64,000 bases of DNA, taken from an uncultured Myxococcales bacterium. Its GTDB lineage: Bacteria > Myxococcota > UBA4151. Where the stretch lies: NCBI GenBank assembly GCA_964013405.1, contig CAXGWI010000005.1, positions 3,411-67,410 on the forward strand. The letters run 5' to 3'. Positions within the stretch are counted from its first letter, which is position 1. Each line of letters begins with the position of its first letter. Position numbers and translations under genes: made by a program. Below are positions 46,791 through 56,864 of this stretch, piece by piece. The notes under the pieces are model-generated. The model did not search any database. It saw nothing but the letters and a program-made list of their open reading frames with translations, and had not been told where the DNA came from.

Positions 46791-49366
46791 TGGCTCGCTG
46801 GACGCTGATCGCCTGGCTCCTGTGTGGTGCGTGCGCTGCCTGTGAAGAAGAGCCGGTTCAAAATTCGATTGAGTTGAGCCAGGGCTCAACACGAGTGGTG
46901 GCGACATTCTCACCCTTTTCGCTCCAGGTTTTCGAGGGCGATCGCTTGGTGGGGCGGACCGCCGAGCGCGGTTGTCCAGCCCTTAGCTTGGCCTTGAAAG
47001 AGGGGACTTCTGCCGAACGTTTCCATGCCCCGGAAGAGCCAACGGATGACCTGACTTGGCTTGAGAGCGTCGATGCGGAGCGACAAGAAGACGGCAGTCT
47101 CCTCATCCCACTCAAGGGCGAACTCGAAGGGGAGAGCGCCCGACTCAGCCTCGCCCCGGGCCCAGAGGGCTTTGTCGACATCGACATTCAATTCACAGCG
47201 CCTCCCGAACAAATCGCCATGAATCGAATCTGCTGGCAGTTACGGGAGGGCGAGCACGTGGTCGGTGCCGGTGAACGCTTCGACGGTGTGGATCTCTTGG
47301 GCCGAGTGGTGCCCTTATATTTTGCCGCACCTCGAAACTACGCGTCCTCCACCAACGAGTCCCATGCACCGGTCCCGTTCTTCGCCACCACGGGGGGAAT
47401 GGCCGTGCTGACGGAGACCGAGCGGGTGGGCGCCTATGATGTGGGCGCCACCGATGCCGATCACCTGCGGGCCCTCTTCCATGGCGACCAGTTGCCCTTG
47501 CGCATCCGGGCCGGTCACATCCTCGATAATGCCGCGGCCCATGCTCGACGGATGGGCCTGCCCCCCAAACCACCCCGCTGGGTCCTTGCTCCCCAACAGT
47601 GGCGTAACGAACATGCGGTGACGGTGCGTAACGGTGAGGTCGTCTCCACCGGTCAGGATCGGGTTTTGGCCGATGCCCGTAAGCTTCGGGAGTTGGAGAT
47701 TCCCGGCAGCCTCATTTGGATCGATGCGCCTTGGTCGACGGGTCACAATACCTTTGAGTGGAATCGGGTTCAGTTCCCCGATCCCGATGCCATGTTGGCC
47801 GAACTGGAAGCATTGGGTTTCAACGCCATCGTCTGGGCTACAGAGCATATTAATACCTCTGACGATTCGGACCAGCAGGTTGGTATGCCCATCGAGGGAA
47901 GCCGGGAACTTTACGACCGCTTTGCTGAGGAGGGCTGGTTGGTCGAGGCACCGGATGGCCAGCCATTTCGCTTTCAATGGGGTCGGGGCTTTGGTGGTCA
48001 TGTAGACTTCTCCAATCCCGATGCGGTGGCTGCTTATCAGGACCTTGTTCGCCCTGTGCTTGAGCAGGGGATTCGAGGATTTAAGTTGGATTATGGCGAG
48101 ACCATGCGGGCGGACCTGCTCGGCATGGACAACCGAGCTGTCACCTTTCACGATGGGGCGGGCTCAGAGATTCACCACACTCGGTACAGTCGACTCTTTC
48201 ATGAGGCGATGATCGGGGTTTTGAAAGAGGTTCACCCGGACGATTGGTATGTAATCACTCGGACCGGGGGGATTTACGACACAAAGAATGGAATTACGCT
48301 CTGGCCTGGTGACTTAGACAATGACTTCCGGCGAGCCGGTGAGGTGGAAGAGGATGGACGCTTGAGCGTCGGCGGACTGCCGGCTGCAGTCAGTGCTCAT
48401 TTGAGCGCCTCCATGAGTGGCTATCCCCTCTATGGCAGCGACATCGGTGGTTACCGAGGGGGGCCCTCCAACACAGAGGTTCTCCTGCGATGGTCTCAGT
48501 TCGGCGCCCTCTCTACAGTGATGCAGTTGGGCGGCGGCGGCCGGGGCGACACGACCCATAATCCTTGGGATGAGAATCTCTATGATACCGAGATCGCCGT
48601 GCCGATCTACCGGACCTATTCTCAACTGCACATGCGACTGATGCCCACCATCGAAGGCCTGATCGACCGGGCGGTCACCGATGGAAGCCCACCGCTGGTG
48701 CCAGTGGGTGTTGCCGCCGGAGAAGTGGAGGCTGCTTGGGCGGACCAAGAGAGTTATCTCTTTGGGCCGGACCTTCTGGTGGCACCGGTGGTGGAAGCAA
48801 GCACCGAGCGCCGGCTGTTTGCGCCCAGTGGGCAATGGTTCAGTTGGTGGGATGACAGCGTGATTGAGGGCGGTCGGGCCTATGTGGTGGCAACACCTCT
48901 GGAGACGATGCCGATCTATCAGCGGGGAGGCAGCCTGCTGGCGATGACCGATCCCCGTCTCCGCACCGTTCTGCCCTATGCTGACGAAGATCTAGACCGT
49001 TATGGGAAGACCCTGTGGTTACGGGTGGTCCCCGGCCTCGCCGGCAACAAAAGTTGGCGCTTCGATGGAGCCTGGGGAGCCAGCGCTGGGCAGGGCAGCG
49101 TGACTGCCAGCCAGGTCACGACGGGGGCTCAGACAAGCATCAGCGTGAATCGATCCCAGCGGGGACGGACCGTCGTCGAACTGCGACTGCGTCCAGACAC
49201 CGGACCTGATGCCGGGGCCCAGGTGACCGCGGCGGGGGCGACGGTTCCCGAGGTGGCGGAAGACGACTTTTTGGACTGCGTCGCGCCCTGCATCGCTCGG
49301 GGCGATAACCACCTGTTGATCGCCGTCGATGGGGAGCGTCCACAGATTCAGGTGGGTCGTCCCTAG
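46790..49366 (+). CDS. Glycoside hydrolase family 31-like protein (alpha-glucosidase/alpha-xylosidase fold)
   Basis: Signal with Cys-rich leader. IRGFKLDYGETM matches the GH31 nucleophile block (FKTDFGE in YicI). YGSDIGGYRG matches the acid/base block (GADIxGF). The N-terminal WxDMNE block is degenerate (LIWIDAPW). Confidence 0.55.
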   Translation: MARWTLIAWLLCGACAACEEEPVQNSIELSQGSTRVVATFSPFSLQVFEGDRLVGRTAERGCPALSLALKEGTSAERFHAPEEPTDDLTWLESVDAERQEDGSLLIPLKGELEGESARLSLAPGPEGFVDIDIQFTAPPEQIAMNRICWQLREGEHVVGAGERFDGVDLLGRVVPLYFAAPRNYASSTNESHAPVPFFATTGGMAVLTETERVGAYDVGATDADHLRALFHGDQLPLRIRAGHILDNAAAHARRMGLPPKPPRWVLAPQQWRNEHAVTVRNGEVVSTGQDRVLADARKLRELEIPGSLIWIDAPWSTGHNTFEWNRVQFPDPDAMLAELEALGFNAIVWATEHINTSDDSDQQVGMPIEGSRELYDRFAEEGWLVEAPDGQPFRFQWGRGFGGHVDFSNPDAVAAYQDLVRPVLEQGIRGFKLDYGETMRADLLGMDNRAVTFHDGAGSEIHHTRYSRLFHEAMIGVLKEVHPDDWYVITRTGGIYDTKNGITLWPGDLDNDFRRAGEVEEDGRLSVGGLPAAVSAHLSASMSGYPLYGSDIGGYRGGPSNTEVLLRWSQFGALSTVMQLGGGGRGDTTHNPWDENLYDTEIAVPIYRTYSQLHMRLMPTIEGLIDRAVTDGSPPLVPVGVAAGEVEAAWADQESYLFGPDLLVAPVVEASTERRLFAPSGQWFSWWDDSVIEGGRAYVVATPLETMPIYQRGGSLLAMTDPRLRTVLPYADEDLDRYGKTLWLRVVPGLAGNKSWRFDGAWGASAGQGSVTASQVTTGAQTSISVNRSQRGRTVVELRLRPDTGPDAGAQVTAAGATVPEVAEDDFLDCVAPCIARGDNHLLIAVDGERPQIQVGRP

Positions 49367-49378
49367 GCCACCACTGCC

Positions 49379-50782
49379 GTGCTCTTCAACTCGCTTATCT
49401 TTCTTCTCTTTGCGGCGGTATTTTACGCCCTCTGGCTCGGTCCATTTCGCCACCGTTCGCCCCTGTTTCGTCAGGGCGTCTTGGTGGTCTTTTCTCTGGT
49501 TTTTTACGGCTGGTGGAAATGGGCCTACATCGGCTTGATTCTGGCCAGTGGGCTTATCGATTACACTGCGGCCCTGGCGATGAAACGCTGGCCGGCTAGC
49601 CGGCGCTGGGCCCTTTTCGCCTCGATTCTGGGCAACCTGGGCATTCTTGCAGCCTTCAAATACGCGGGCTTCCTGGCTGAGAATCTCGATCTGTTGGGCA
49701 AAAGCATCGGCCAGGACTGGGGGGTTCAAGGGGCCTTGCCCAGTTTGCTGGACACCCTGCCGGTCGGCATTAGCTTTTATACCTTTCAGTCCATGAGTTA
49801 CACCATTGATGTTTACCGTGGTCGCTTAGAACCCACGAGAAATATCGTTGGTTTCTTTGCTTATCTTAGCCTTTTCCCCCAGCTCGTGGCCGGGCCCATC
49901 GTTCGGGCTAGCAACCTCCTGCCACAAGTCCTGTTGCTGCCAAGCCCCCGACCGGAACAAGTGCGTGAGGGCTTCATTTTGGTCCTGTCGGGCTTCGTTA
50001 AAAAGGTCGTTCTAGCAGACCAACTTGCCCCTTATGTGGAGACGGCATTTGCCGGCGGTTCAACCACCGGGTCCCCCTTATATTGGTGGCTGGTCACTAT
50101 GATGTTTGCCGTGCAGATTTACGGTGATTTCAGTGGCTATACAGACATCGCTCGAGGCCTGGGCAAATGGATGGGTTTCGACTTTGATGTGAACTTCAAC
50201 CACCCCTATCTGGCCCGTAGCTTGAGGGACTTCTGGCGCCGCTGGCACATCAGCCTTTCCACCTGGTTTAGAGACTACGTCTACATTCCATTGGGGGGAT
50301 CCCGGCGGGGCGTCCTTTGGGGGATTGGTGCCATGGCGATCACCATGGTGGTCAGCGGTCTTTGGCACGGGGCCGCTTGGACCTTCGTGGCTTGGGGAGC
50401 GATTCATGCGCTGGTGCTCGCGGTGGAGCGCCTCGGTGCCCTCGAACGGCGACTGCCGCCGGTGCTCGTTCGCAGCTACACCCTGCTCGCGGTGCTGTTC
50501 GCTTGGGTGATGTTTCGAGCCGAGTCGATGGCCCAGGCTCAAGGCATCTGCGCCCGCATGCTCGGCTTGGGGGCGGAGCAGACGCCTTGGGGTCATCCGA
50601 TTTTTGGTCTCTTTCCCCTCAGCGTCCTCTTGGTTTTTGTCGCCTGGGAAGTAGCCGTGGCCCGACAGTGGCATCGCCCGCTGTTTCGCGACCGGCTCCT
50701 GCCCTGGACCCTGGCTGTCTTCGCCTTGATGGCCGTCTTTCTTCGTGGGCCGTCCGCCCAGTTTATCTACTTTCAGTTCTAG
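49379..50782 (+). CDS. MBOAT-family membrane O-acyltransferase (AlgI/PatA/DltB-like)
   Basis: Multi-TM protein. The conserved MBOAT histidine region FWRRWHISLSTWFRDYVYIPLGG is present. Confidence 0.85.
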   Translation: MLFNSLIFLLFAAVFYALWLGPFRHRSPLFRQGVLVVFSLVFYGWWKWAYIGLILASGLIDYTAALAMKRWPASRRWALFASILGNLGILAAFKYAGFLAENLDLLGKSIGQDWGVQGALPSLLDTLPVGISFYTFQSMSYTIDVYRGRLEPTRNIVGFFAYLSLFPQLVAGPIVRASNLLPQVLLLPSPRPEQVREGFILVLSGFVKKVVLADQLAPYVETAFAGGSTTGSPLYWWLVTMMFAVQIYGDFSGYTDIARGLGKWMGFDFDVNFNHPYLARSLRDFWRRWHISLSTWFRDYVYIPLGGSRRGVLWGIGAMAITMVVSGLWHGAAWTFVAWGAIHALVLAVERLGALERRLPPVLVRSYTLLAVLFAWVMFRAESMAQAQGICARMLGLGAEQTPWGHPIFGLFPLSVLLVFVAWEVAVARQWHRPLFRDRLLPWTLAVFALMAVFLRGPSAQFIYFQF

Positions 50783-50795
50783 GCAGGGGGAGTTG

Positions 50796-51737
50796 ATGAA
50801 GCGCTTGGTATGGCCGGTGGTGTTGAGCTTGGTTGTGGCCGGTGGGCTGCGGACACTCACCGGCGCTATGGGCGACAGTCGAACGGTGGATAGCAGGACT
50901 TTTTGGCGATTAAAAACCCACCCGGGGCAGCAGTTTGATGGCCTGCTGGTGGGGGATTCGAGGACCTACCGGGGCTTGTCACCGACGGTCATGGAGCCCT
51001 TTTTATCGGGCCGGCGCGTGCATAACTTGGGCTATTCCTCGGGGCGCCTTTCCCGGGATCTCTTCGACCATGCTGAGGGCTTGTTGAATCCGGAGGCGCA
51101 GCCACCATTCATCGTCCTGGGGCTCAGTGCCCATGCATTATCGAAGGCGAAGCAGGGGCCGGAAAACCCCCAGTTGGCTCGCTATCTTGATCTGGGTGAT
51201 TGGGAGCAGCGCCTCGACTTATGGGCCCGACCGCTCACCCAGCACGTTTTTAGACCGCTGGTCGCCGACCCTACCGTCGCGCTGCAAATGGCCCGGCAGG
51301 GGGAAGGCCGGGTTCGCTATCACCAGCGCTTTGACGAGCGGGGCTTTGTCGCCTCAATCACCGAGCCTGTGGATCCGCAGCGTGCTTTGAAGAGCTACGG
51401 CAAAACCCTTCGGGAGCACCCTGTGGATCCAGGGGTGGTTCGAGTCCTTATCGACCGGGTGGCCCGTTGGCATAAAGCGGGGGTGAGCGTCTATATTCTG
51501 CGTTTGCCGGTGCCCGCGGCGATGGATGACCTTGAGCGGGGCTTAGGTGGCTTTGATGAGCGGCAGCTGCGAATGGATTTAGCCCGGGCCGGTGGCCATT
51601 GGCTGGGGCTCGAGACGAAGGATCTGAGCACCTACGATGGGAGTCATTTGGATCCGGAATCCGCCCGCCGGCTCTCTCAGCGGGTGGCCGAGGCCATCGC
51701 CACCGACCTGTCCTTGGATCCGGCCCCCAAGCCCTAG
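50796..51737 (+). CDS. Periplasmic SGNH/DltD/AlgJ-like partner of the MBOAT protein (putative O-acetyltransferase/esterase)
   Basis: GGGGGAG lies before ATG 50796. N-terminal anchor/signal. Block I LLVGDSRTYRG (GDS). Block V YDGSHLD (DxxH). Confidence 0.5.
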   Translation: MKRLVWPVVLSLVVAGGLRTLTGAMGDSRTVDSRTFWRLKTHPGQQFDGLLVGDSRTYRGLSPTVMEPFLSGRRVHNLGYSSGRLSRDLFDHAEGLLNPEAQPPFIVLGLSAHALSKAKQGPENPQLARYLDLGDWEQRLDLWARPLTQHVFRPLVADPTVALQMARQGEGRVRYHQRFDERGFVASITEPVDPQRALKSYGKTLREHPVDPGVVRVLIDRVARWHKAGVSVYILRLPVPAAMDDLERGLGGFDERQLRMDLARAGGHWLGLETKDLSTYDGSHLDPESARRLSQRVAEAIATDLSLDPAPKP

Positions 51738-51780
51738 CGCCGGTTGGCTTGCAACGGCGGCCTTAACCCTTCATCGAGGC

Positions 51781-54204
51781 TCATTCGCCATGGGCCGAAC
51801 GGGTCTCAGCGCTAATCGCATGATCCCAAAGAAGCACCGCGTCGAGATCGCCGGTAAAGGCTCGCTCTAAGCAGGCTTCATCGGCGCCACAGCCACCCAT
51901 GCGTAGAGGTGCTACATTGTTCCTGAGGGTGCCTGTTGCTGGGGCAAAGCCCGCATTCTGGCCCCGCACAAACAAGCTGAGACCCTGGCCGTCATAGACC
52001 GTGCAGAGTTGATTCCACTGGCCGAAGGAGACCGGCATGGTGCCATCGACACGGACCTGACCTTCAAGGGTGGCGATGCTCACCCAGGGGCGTTGATTAC
52101 TGGGTTCGATGGCCAGGCGATAGGAGCCCCCCTTCTCGACCACGATAAAGCGCTCTCGCTCCTGCTGGGCCAAGGGGCGCACCCAAGCGCAAAGGGAGAA
52201 GGTATCAAAGCCATCGAGTCGGTCATGATCGGCGATCTCCACATAAGCTCCATCTTGGAAAGCCAAGGCGCCGGCAGGCACTTGGCGCCGATCCGCCACC
52301 ATGGCCGCACCCTGGTTGATGCCGTGGTGCTCATTGCCAGAGGAATCGAGAATATCACCGTCCATGGGATAGCAGGCCATGCTGCCGAGACAGGCGGCCC
52401 CTGAACGGCAGGTGTTCGAACAAAAGTCATTGTCCTCGTCGTTACCATCATCGCAGTCCTCAACACCGAACCAGATGATCCCATCGCCACAGGTCGCCCT
52501 TAGACAAGCATCGGTGCAGGCGTCTTCGTCGCCGTCCTGGCCGTCATCACATTCCTCGCCGGCGAAATCATCGAGGATATTGTCGCCACAGACCGGCTCG
52601 CTGCAGTCTCGGCGGCAGGCATCTCGACCTTCTAGGTTGCCATCGTCGCAGGCTTCGTCGTGGTCGACGACGCCATCGCCACACGCCGGGCGTCGGCAAT
52701 CGGGACGACAGCCGTCTGTAGGATCTTCGTTACCATCATCGCATTCTTCATCGTGATCGACGCGACCGTTGCCACAGGCTGCTAACTGACAGGAGTTGCG
52801 ACAGCCATCGCTGTCCACGTCATTGCCATCGTCACAGCCCTCGTAGCCGAGTTCACCAGCGCCCCGATTGGTGCGAAGAATTCCATCGCCACACCGGGCC
52901 CGTCGACAGTCTCGGGTGCAGTCATCGCCATCTTCGTCATTGCCATCATCGCATTCTTCGATCCCGGCCCGCACGATGTTGTCGCCGCAGCGGGCGGCGA
53001 CGCAGTCAGTGGTGCAGCCATCGCCGTCGACGCCGTTGCCATCGTCGCATTCTTCGACGCCGGCCCGGACATGGCCGTCGCCGCAGCGGGGCAACTCGCA
53101 GCGAGGCGTACATTCATCGCCGCCTTCCCGGTTGCCGTCATCGCAGAACTCCCGGCCCGGGTGGAGAATTCCATCGCCACATTCGGCTTCTGCACACTGG
53201 TTGGTGCAGTCATCGGTGTTGACTCGATTGCCATCATCACAGGCTTCGTAGCCGATCTCGTTGTCGTTCAGGTCCTGCCGCACGAGCCCATCGCCACAGC
53301 GGGCAGAGATGCAGTTGTTGAGGCAGCCGTCGAAGGGGTCATCGTTGCCATCATCGCATTCTTCCCCTGGTCCTCGTAGACCGTCGCCACAGGCCTCGAG
53401 TCGGCAGGTGAATGAGCAGCCATCGCCGCTAAAGGTGTTGCCGTCGTCGCATTCCTCGAAGCCCCGTTCACCGGCCTCGATGTCCGTCCGTAGAAAGCCA
53501 TCGCCACATCGGGCCGGGCTGCAATCGTTCAAGCAGCCATCCACATTGGTTAAGTTGCCATCATCACAGCGTTCACCTTCGTCGATCACCCCGTCACCGC
53601 AGGGGGGCAATTGACAGGCCTCATTGCAGTCCTCGCCCCCGTCACATCCTTCACCGGGTTGCACCGTGCCATCGCCGCAGCGGGCCCGCTGGCACTGACC
53701 GTTGCAAAGGTCTTCCTCGATGAGATTTCCGTCATCGCATTGTTCGCTGCCCGGGCTGCCCTCGTCCAAATCCAGTCGCTGGATCCCGTCGCCGCAGCGG
53801 GCCACAAGGCATCGATGGGTGCAGGCGTCGTGGGCCTCCGCATTGCCATCGTCGCAGGCCTCGTAATCTGGCTCGCCTTCAACCCGGTCCAGCCGCAGGA
53901 CACCATCCCCGCAACGGGCGATGTGGCAACTGTTCAGGCAGTCGTCCGCGTCGTTGCTGTTGCCATCGTCGCAGGCTTCAAAGCCTTCATCGCCCTCGAG
54001 AAGGTCGCCTCGGCGAATCCCATCGCCACAGCGAGCCCGCTGGCACTGGTCCGTGCAAGCATCGTCGGCCACCGTGTTGTCGTCGTCACATTCTTCGCCG
54101 GAATCCAGCAGTCCATCACCACAGACGGGGTCGGGGTCGAGGACGGCGGGAGCCACCTCACAGCCCATGGCGATGAAACCCAAAATCAGAGAGATACGAG
54201 CCAT
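51781..54204 (-). CDS. Lipoprotein with about 14 Myxococcus-type cysteine-rich repeats (CGDG...EECDDGN...C, TIGR02232-like) and a C-terminal LamG/concanavalin-like domain
   Basis: GAGGAGG lies 8 nt before ATG 54204, inside the end of the upstream kinase gene. Repeats such as [39 protein letters not shown]. The C-terminal ~200 aa is LamG-like (FSLCAWVRP...GSYRLAIEP...). Confidence 0.7.
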   Translation of the reverse strand: MARISLILGFIAMGCEVAPAVLDPDPVCGDGLLDSGEECDDDNTVADDACTDQCQRARCGDGIRRGDLLEGDEGFEACDDGNSNDADDCLNSCHIARCGDGVLRLDRVEGEPDYEACDDGNAEAHDACTHRCLVARCGDGIQRLDLDEGSPGSEQCDDGNLIEEDLCNGQCQRARCGDGTVQPGEGCDGGEDCNEACQLPPCGDGVIDEGERCDDGNLTNVDGCLNDCSPARCGDGFLRTDIEAGERGFEECDDGNTFSGDGCSFTCRLEACGDGLRGPGEECDDGNDDPFDGCLNNCISARCGDGLVRQDLNDNEIGYEACDDGNRVNTDDCTNQCAEAECGDGILHPGREFCDDGNREGGDECTPRCELPRCGDGHVRAGVEECDDGNGVDGDGCTTDCVAARCGDNIVRAGIEECDDGNDEDGDDCTRDCRRARCGDGILRTNRGAGELGYEGCDDGNDVDSDGCRNSCQLAACGNGRVDHDEECDDGNEDPTDGCRPDCRRPACGDGVVDHDEACDDGNLEGRDACRRDCSEPVCGDNILDDFAGEECDDGQDGDEDACTDACLRATCGDGIIWFGVEDCDDGNDEDNDFCSNTCRSGAACLGSMACYPMDGDILDSSGNEHHGINQGAAMVADRRQVPAGALAFQDGAYVEIADHDRLDGFDTFSLCAWVRPLAQQERERFIVVEKGGSYRLAIEPSNQRPWVSIATLEGQVRVDGTMPVSFGQWNQLCTVYDGQGLSLFVRGQNAGFAPATGTLRNNVAPLRMGGCGADEACLERAFTGDLDAVLLWDHAISAETRSAHGE
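52407..54126. repeat. Degenerate ~105-bp coding repeat array (about 14 units) of the CGDG/ECDDGN cysteine-rich module
   Basis: Periodic tcgccgcagcgggc / gtcatcgcattcttc type segments on the plus strand correspond to the repeated protein modules. Confidence 0.55.
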
Positions 54205-54207
54205 CGA

Positions 54208-56829
54208 TTACACCTCCTCCGTTGCTGCGAGGAGCGATTCGATGGCGGCGCTGAGTTCTTCCGCCCGGTAGGGCTTTGAAATATAGCCATCCATGCCTGC
54301 ATTTAAGCAGGCTTCTCGGTCCTCCGCTTCTGTCCTTGCGGTGACGGCTAGAATCGGCAGGCGTCGTGTAGCGCCGGCCTCCGCTTCCCAGCGGCGGATG
54401 TCACGGCTGAGGTCCAGGCCGCTCTCACGGGCCAACATGACGTCCATAAGCACCAAGTTCACGTCGGTGCCCTCGCCCTTTTGCAGGGCCCCCAGACGGT
54501 CGTTAACCTCGGCACCGGTGGCGACCAACTCCACCGTGAGGCCAAGTTTTTCCAACATGGCTTGGGCGACCAGCTGATTCACAGGGTCGTCTTCAACCAC
54601 CAAGACGAGGGCCGAGAGTGCCGCTTGTGGGTCGGCCTCTTCGTCGCTGAGGACAGGCGGTGCTTCCGTTTCAATGCCGGCCTCGTCCACGACGACGGAG
54701 AAGCCAAAGCGAGTAATACCTGCACCTTGATCGGAGAAGAAAGCCTCTCCACCCATACGCTCCGCCAAGAGTTTGAGGGCCAACAGGTCAATGCCGCACC
54801 AGCGGGCAGCCCCGGGATCGGAACGAGACCCCAGCACACCAAAGACGTTCTCTTGTTGATCGGGGGGGATGGCTGGACCCGCGTCTGATACCTCGATCCG
54901 GACAGTCCACTGACCACCCGCCCTGTGGGCCTCTCCCCGGACCGCAATGGTCCCGGTCTCGGTGTAATGGAGACTGCGACGAAGGAGACAGTTGATCATC
55001 TGGCGCAGCCGCAGGTCGTCAACGATCCCCTGCAGTTCGTGTGGGATCATGAGATCGAGAGCGAGATCGAGCCCTTTGGTCTTGGCCTCGTTGTGATGGA
55101 GTTCGACCACCGCAGAAAGGAGTTCGGCAAGGCGCACCGTGCGCTGGTTAAACTCCAGTGCGTCCGCCTCTAGATGAACCAAGTCCTGAACATCGTAGAT
55201 GGTCTCCATGATGCGTTGGGCTTGGCTCTGCAACTGCTGGGCCGAGGCCCTCAATTGGATGGGCTGGCCTCCCTGGTCAGCCACCAATTGACTCAAGCCG
55301 ATCACCGAATGAAGAGGGCCTCGAACCTCTTGGTTAAGTCCGACCATGAGTTGGTTGCGGGCCTCGGCCTGCCGGCGCAGGTCATCATTTCGTGCCCGAG
55401 ATGCTGTCAGTTGAGCTTCGGTGGCTAACAACTGGTCTTCGATGGTCTTCAGTTCGCTGTTGAGGCTGTCTTTGGCCTGGACCGTCGACGTAACGTCATG
55501 GGCGATAAAGATGGCCCCCTGACCATCGCCGAGGGAGATGAGTGTCGCTTGCAGTGTCCGTTCGCCGTCGCAGTGGAGCAGTCCCGTCCAGTTGAGCGAC
55601 TTCCCCGCTGCCGACGGCCCTGGCAGTTCATGGTCTTTGGCCTCTACGACCTCGCTCAGGGGCACACCGACCAAGGCATCGGGCGACGCTCTACCTACGA
55701 GTTCGGCCAGTGGTGTGCCGGTGATGAGAATTTGAAGTTGGTCGTCGACAATGGCGGAAGGAAGGGCTCGAACGACCGCCTTCTGCCGCTCTTTCAGGGT
55801 GGTGAAACCGCTGGCATCAATGCAGTTGATCAGGCTGATCTCATCGTTGATGCTCTGCCGGCTGAGGATGAGATGGTGACCATCATGCTCCCACTGCAGA
55901 GGCTCGGCACCTTCGAGGAAGCCATCGACGACCTCGGCGCCAAGACCTCGCTGGTCTAAGACTTCGTGCAGGGATTGACCGCTCTCCATCGGGCCGAGCA
56001 ACCGTGTCGCCTCCGGATTGGTGGCGACGATGTAGTTGCGCTCAAGAAGGATGCAGCCTTCCCCCAGGCTCTCTAGAAGGCTTTGGACGATCGGGAGGCG
56101 GTGGGCGCCGCCGGCGAGGGTGCGGCTGGCCTGCTGGAGTGAATCCGTCGCTTCCGCGTCCTCACCAAGAAGGGTGGAAAGACCATCTGAAACCCAGAGC
56201 AGGCGTCCGCCTACCTTCCGTCCTGTCCGCCAGGCGATGAACAGGGTCAGCAGGACACAGATGCCCACAACCAGGGCGACTCGGTCCCGATACATTTCAA
56301 TTTGATCGGCGGTGAGTTGATGCCGCTTTTGCGTGTCACTACGGTAGCTTTGGATCAATCCGAGCAGATCTTGGTACAGCAAGATTTGGGTTGGCTCCCA
56401 GCGCTTCGTTAGGTCCGATCGAGCCCGGTCGAACTGCTGCTCTCTGGCCAGTTCCACGATGGCGTAGCTCGCCTTTTCAAGGGCGCCAAAATGGGTCTCT
56501 GCGGCTTGCAGATGGAGTTTGTGCGCTTCGGATTCCGCCAGGGTCTTTAGACATTCTAGCAAGCCAGTTCGTTGGCTTTGCATGCCTTCCAAGCGACTGG
56601 CGAACTGCTTGGGTTCCAGGGGGACGACCAGGCGCCGAAGGGAGTGGTCCCAATCCACAAGTCGGCGCTCACATTTAAGGATCTGCAGCGCTTGGTCCCA
56701 GTCTTCTGGCGCTTCGCCTTTGTGAATGTTTTGGGTCTTATGAAAGGCGTAGAGAGAGAAACCCCCGGCGGCGAGGACCAAGACCACGAGAAAGGTAAAG
56801 CCCAGTTGCAGGTGTGAACGCAGTTTCAT
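54208..56829 (-). CDS. Hybrid sensor histidine kinase (TM sensor, PAS, HisKA, HATPase, C-terminal REC)
   Basis: H-box NQEVRGPLHSVIGLSQLV. HATPase region. C-terminal REC LVLVVEDDPVNQLVAQAMLEKLG...LVLMDVMLARESGLD...DGYISKP. Confidence 0.85.
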   Translation of the reverse strand: MKLRSHLQLGFTFLVVLVLAAGGFSLYAFHKTQNIHKGEAPEDWDQALQILKCERRLVDWDHSLRRLVVPLEPKQFASRLEGMQSQRTGLLECLKTLAESEAHKLHLQAAETHFGALEKASYAIVELAREQQFDRARSDLTKRWEPTQILLYQDLLGLIQSYRSDTQKRHQLTADQIEMYRDRVALVVGICVLLTLFIAWRTGRKVGGRLLWVSDGLSTLLGEDAEATDSLQQASRTLAGGAHRLPIVQSLLESLGEGCILLERNYIVATNPEATRLLGPMESGQSLHEVLDQRGLGAEVVDGFLEGAEPLQWEHDGHHLILSRQSINDEISLINCIDASGFTTLKERQKAVVRALPSAIVDDQLQILITGTPLAELVGRASPDALVGVPLSEVVEAKDHELPGPSAAGKSLNWTGLLHCDGERTLQATLISLGDGQGAIFIAHDVTSTVQAKDSLNSELKTIEDQLLATEAQLTASRARNDDLRRQAEARNQLMVGLNQEVRGPLHSVIGLSQLVADQGGQPIQLRASAQQLQSQAQRIMETIYDVQDLVHLEADALEFNQRTVRLAELLSAVVELHHNEAKTKGLDLALDLMIPHELQGIVDDLRLRQMINCLLRRSLHYTETGTIAVRGEAHRAGGQWTVRIEVSDAGPAIPPDQQENVFGVLGSRSDPGAARWCGIDLLALKLLAERMGGEAFFSDQGAGITRFGFSVVVDEAGIETEAPPVLSDEEADPQAALSALVLVVEDDPVNQLVAQAMLEKLGLTVELVATGAEVNDRLGALQKGEGTDVNLVLMDVMLARESGLDLSRDIRRWEAEAGATRRLPILAVTARTEAEDREACLNAGMDGYISKPYRAEELSAAIESLLAATEEV

Positions 56830-56864
56830 GGCCAGCCCGCTTGATTCTGCCTCAGGTCGCCGCT

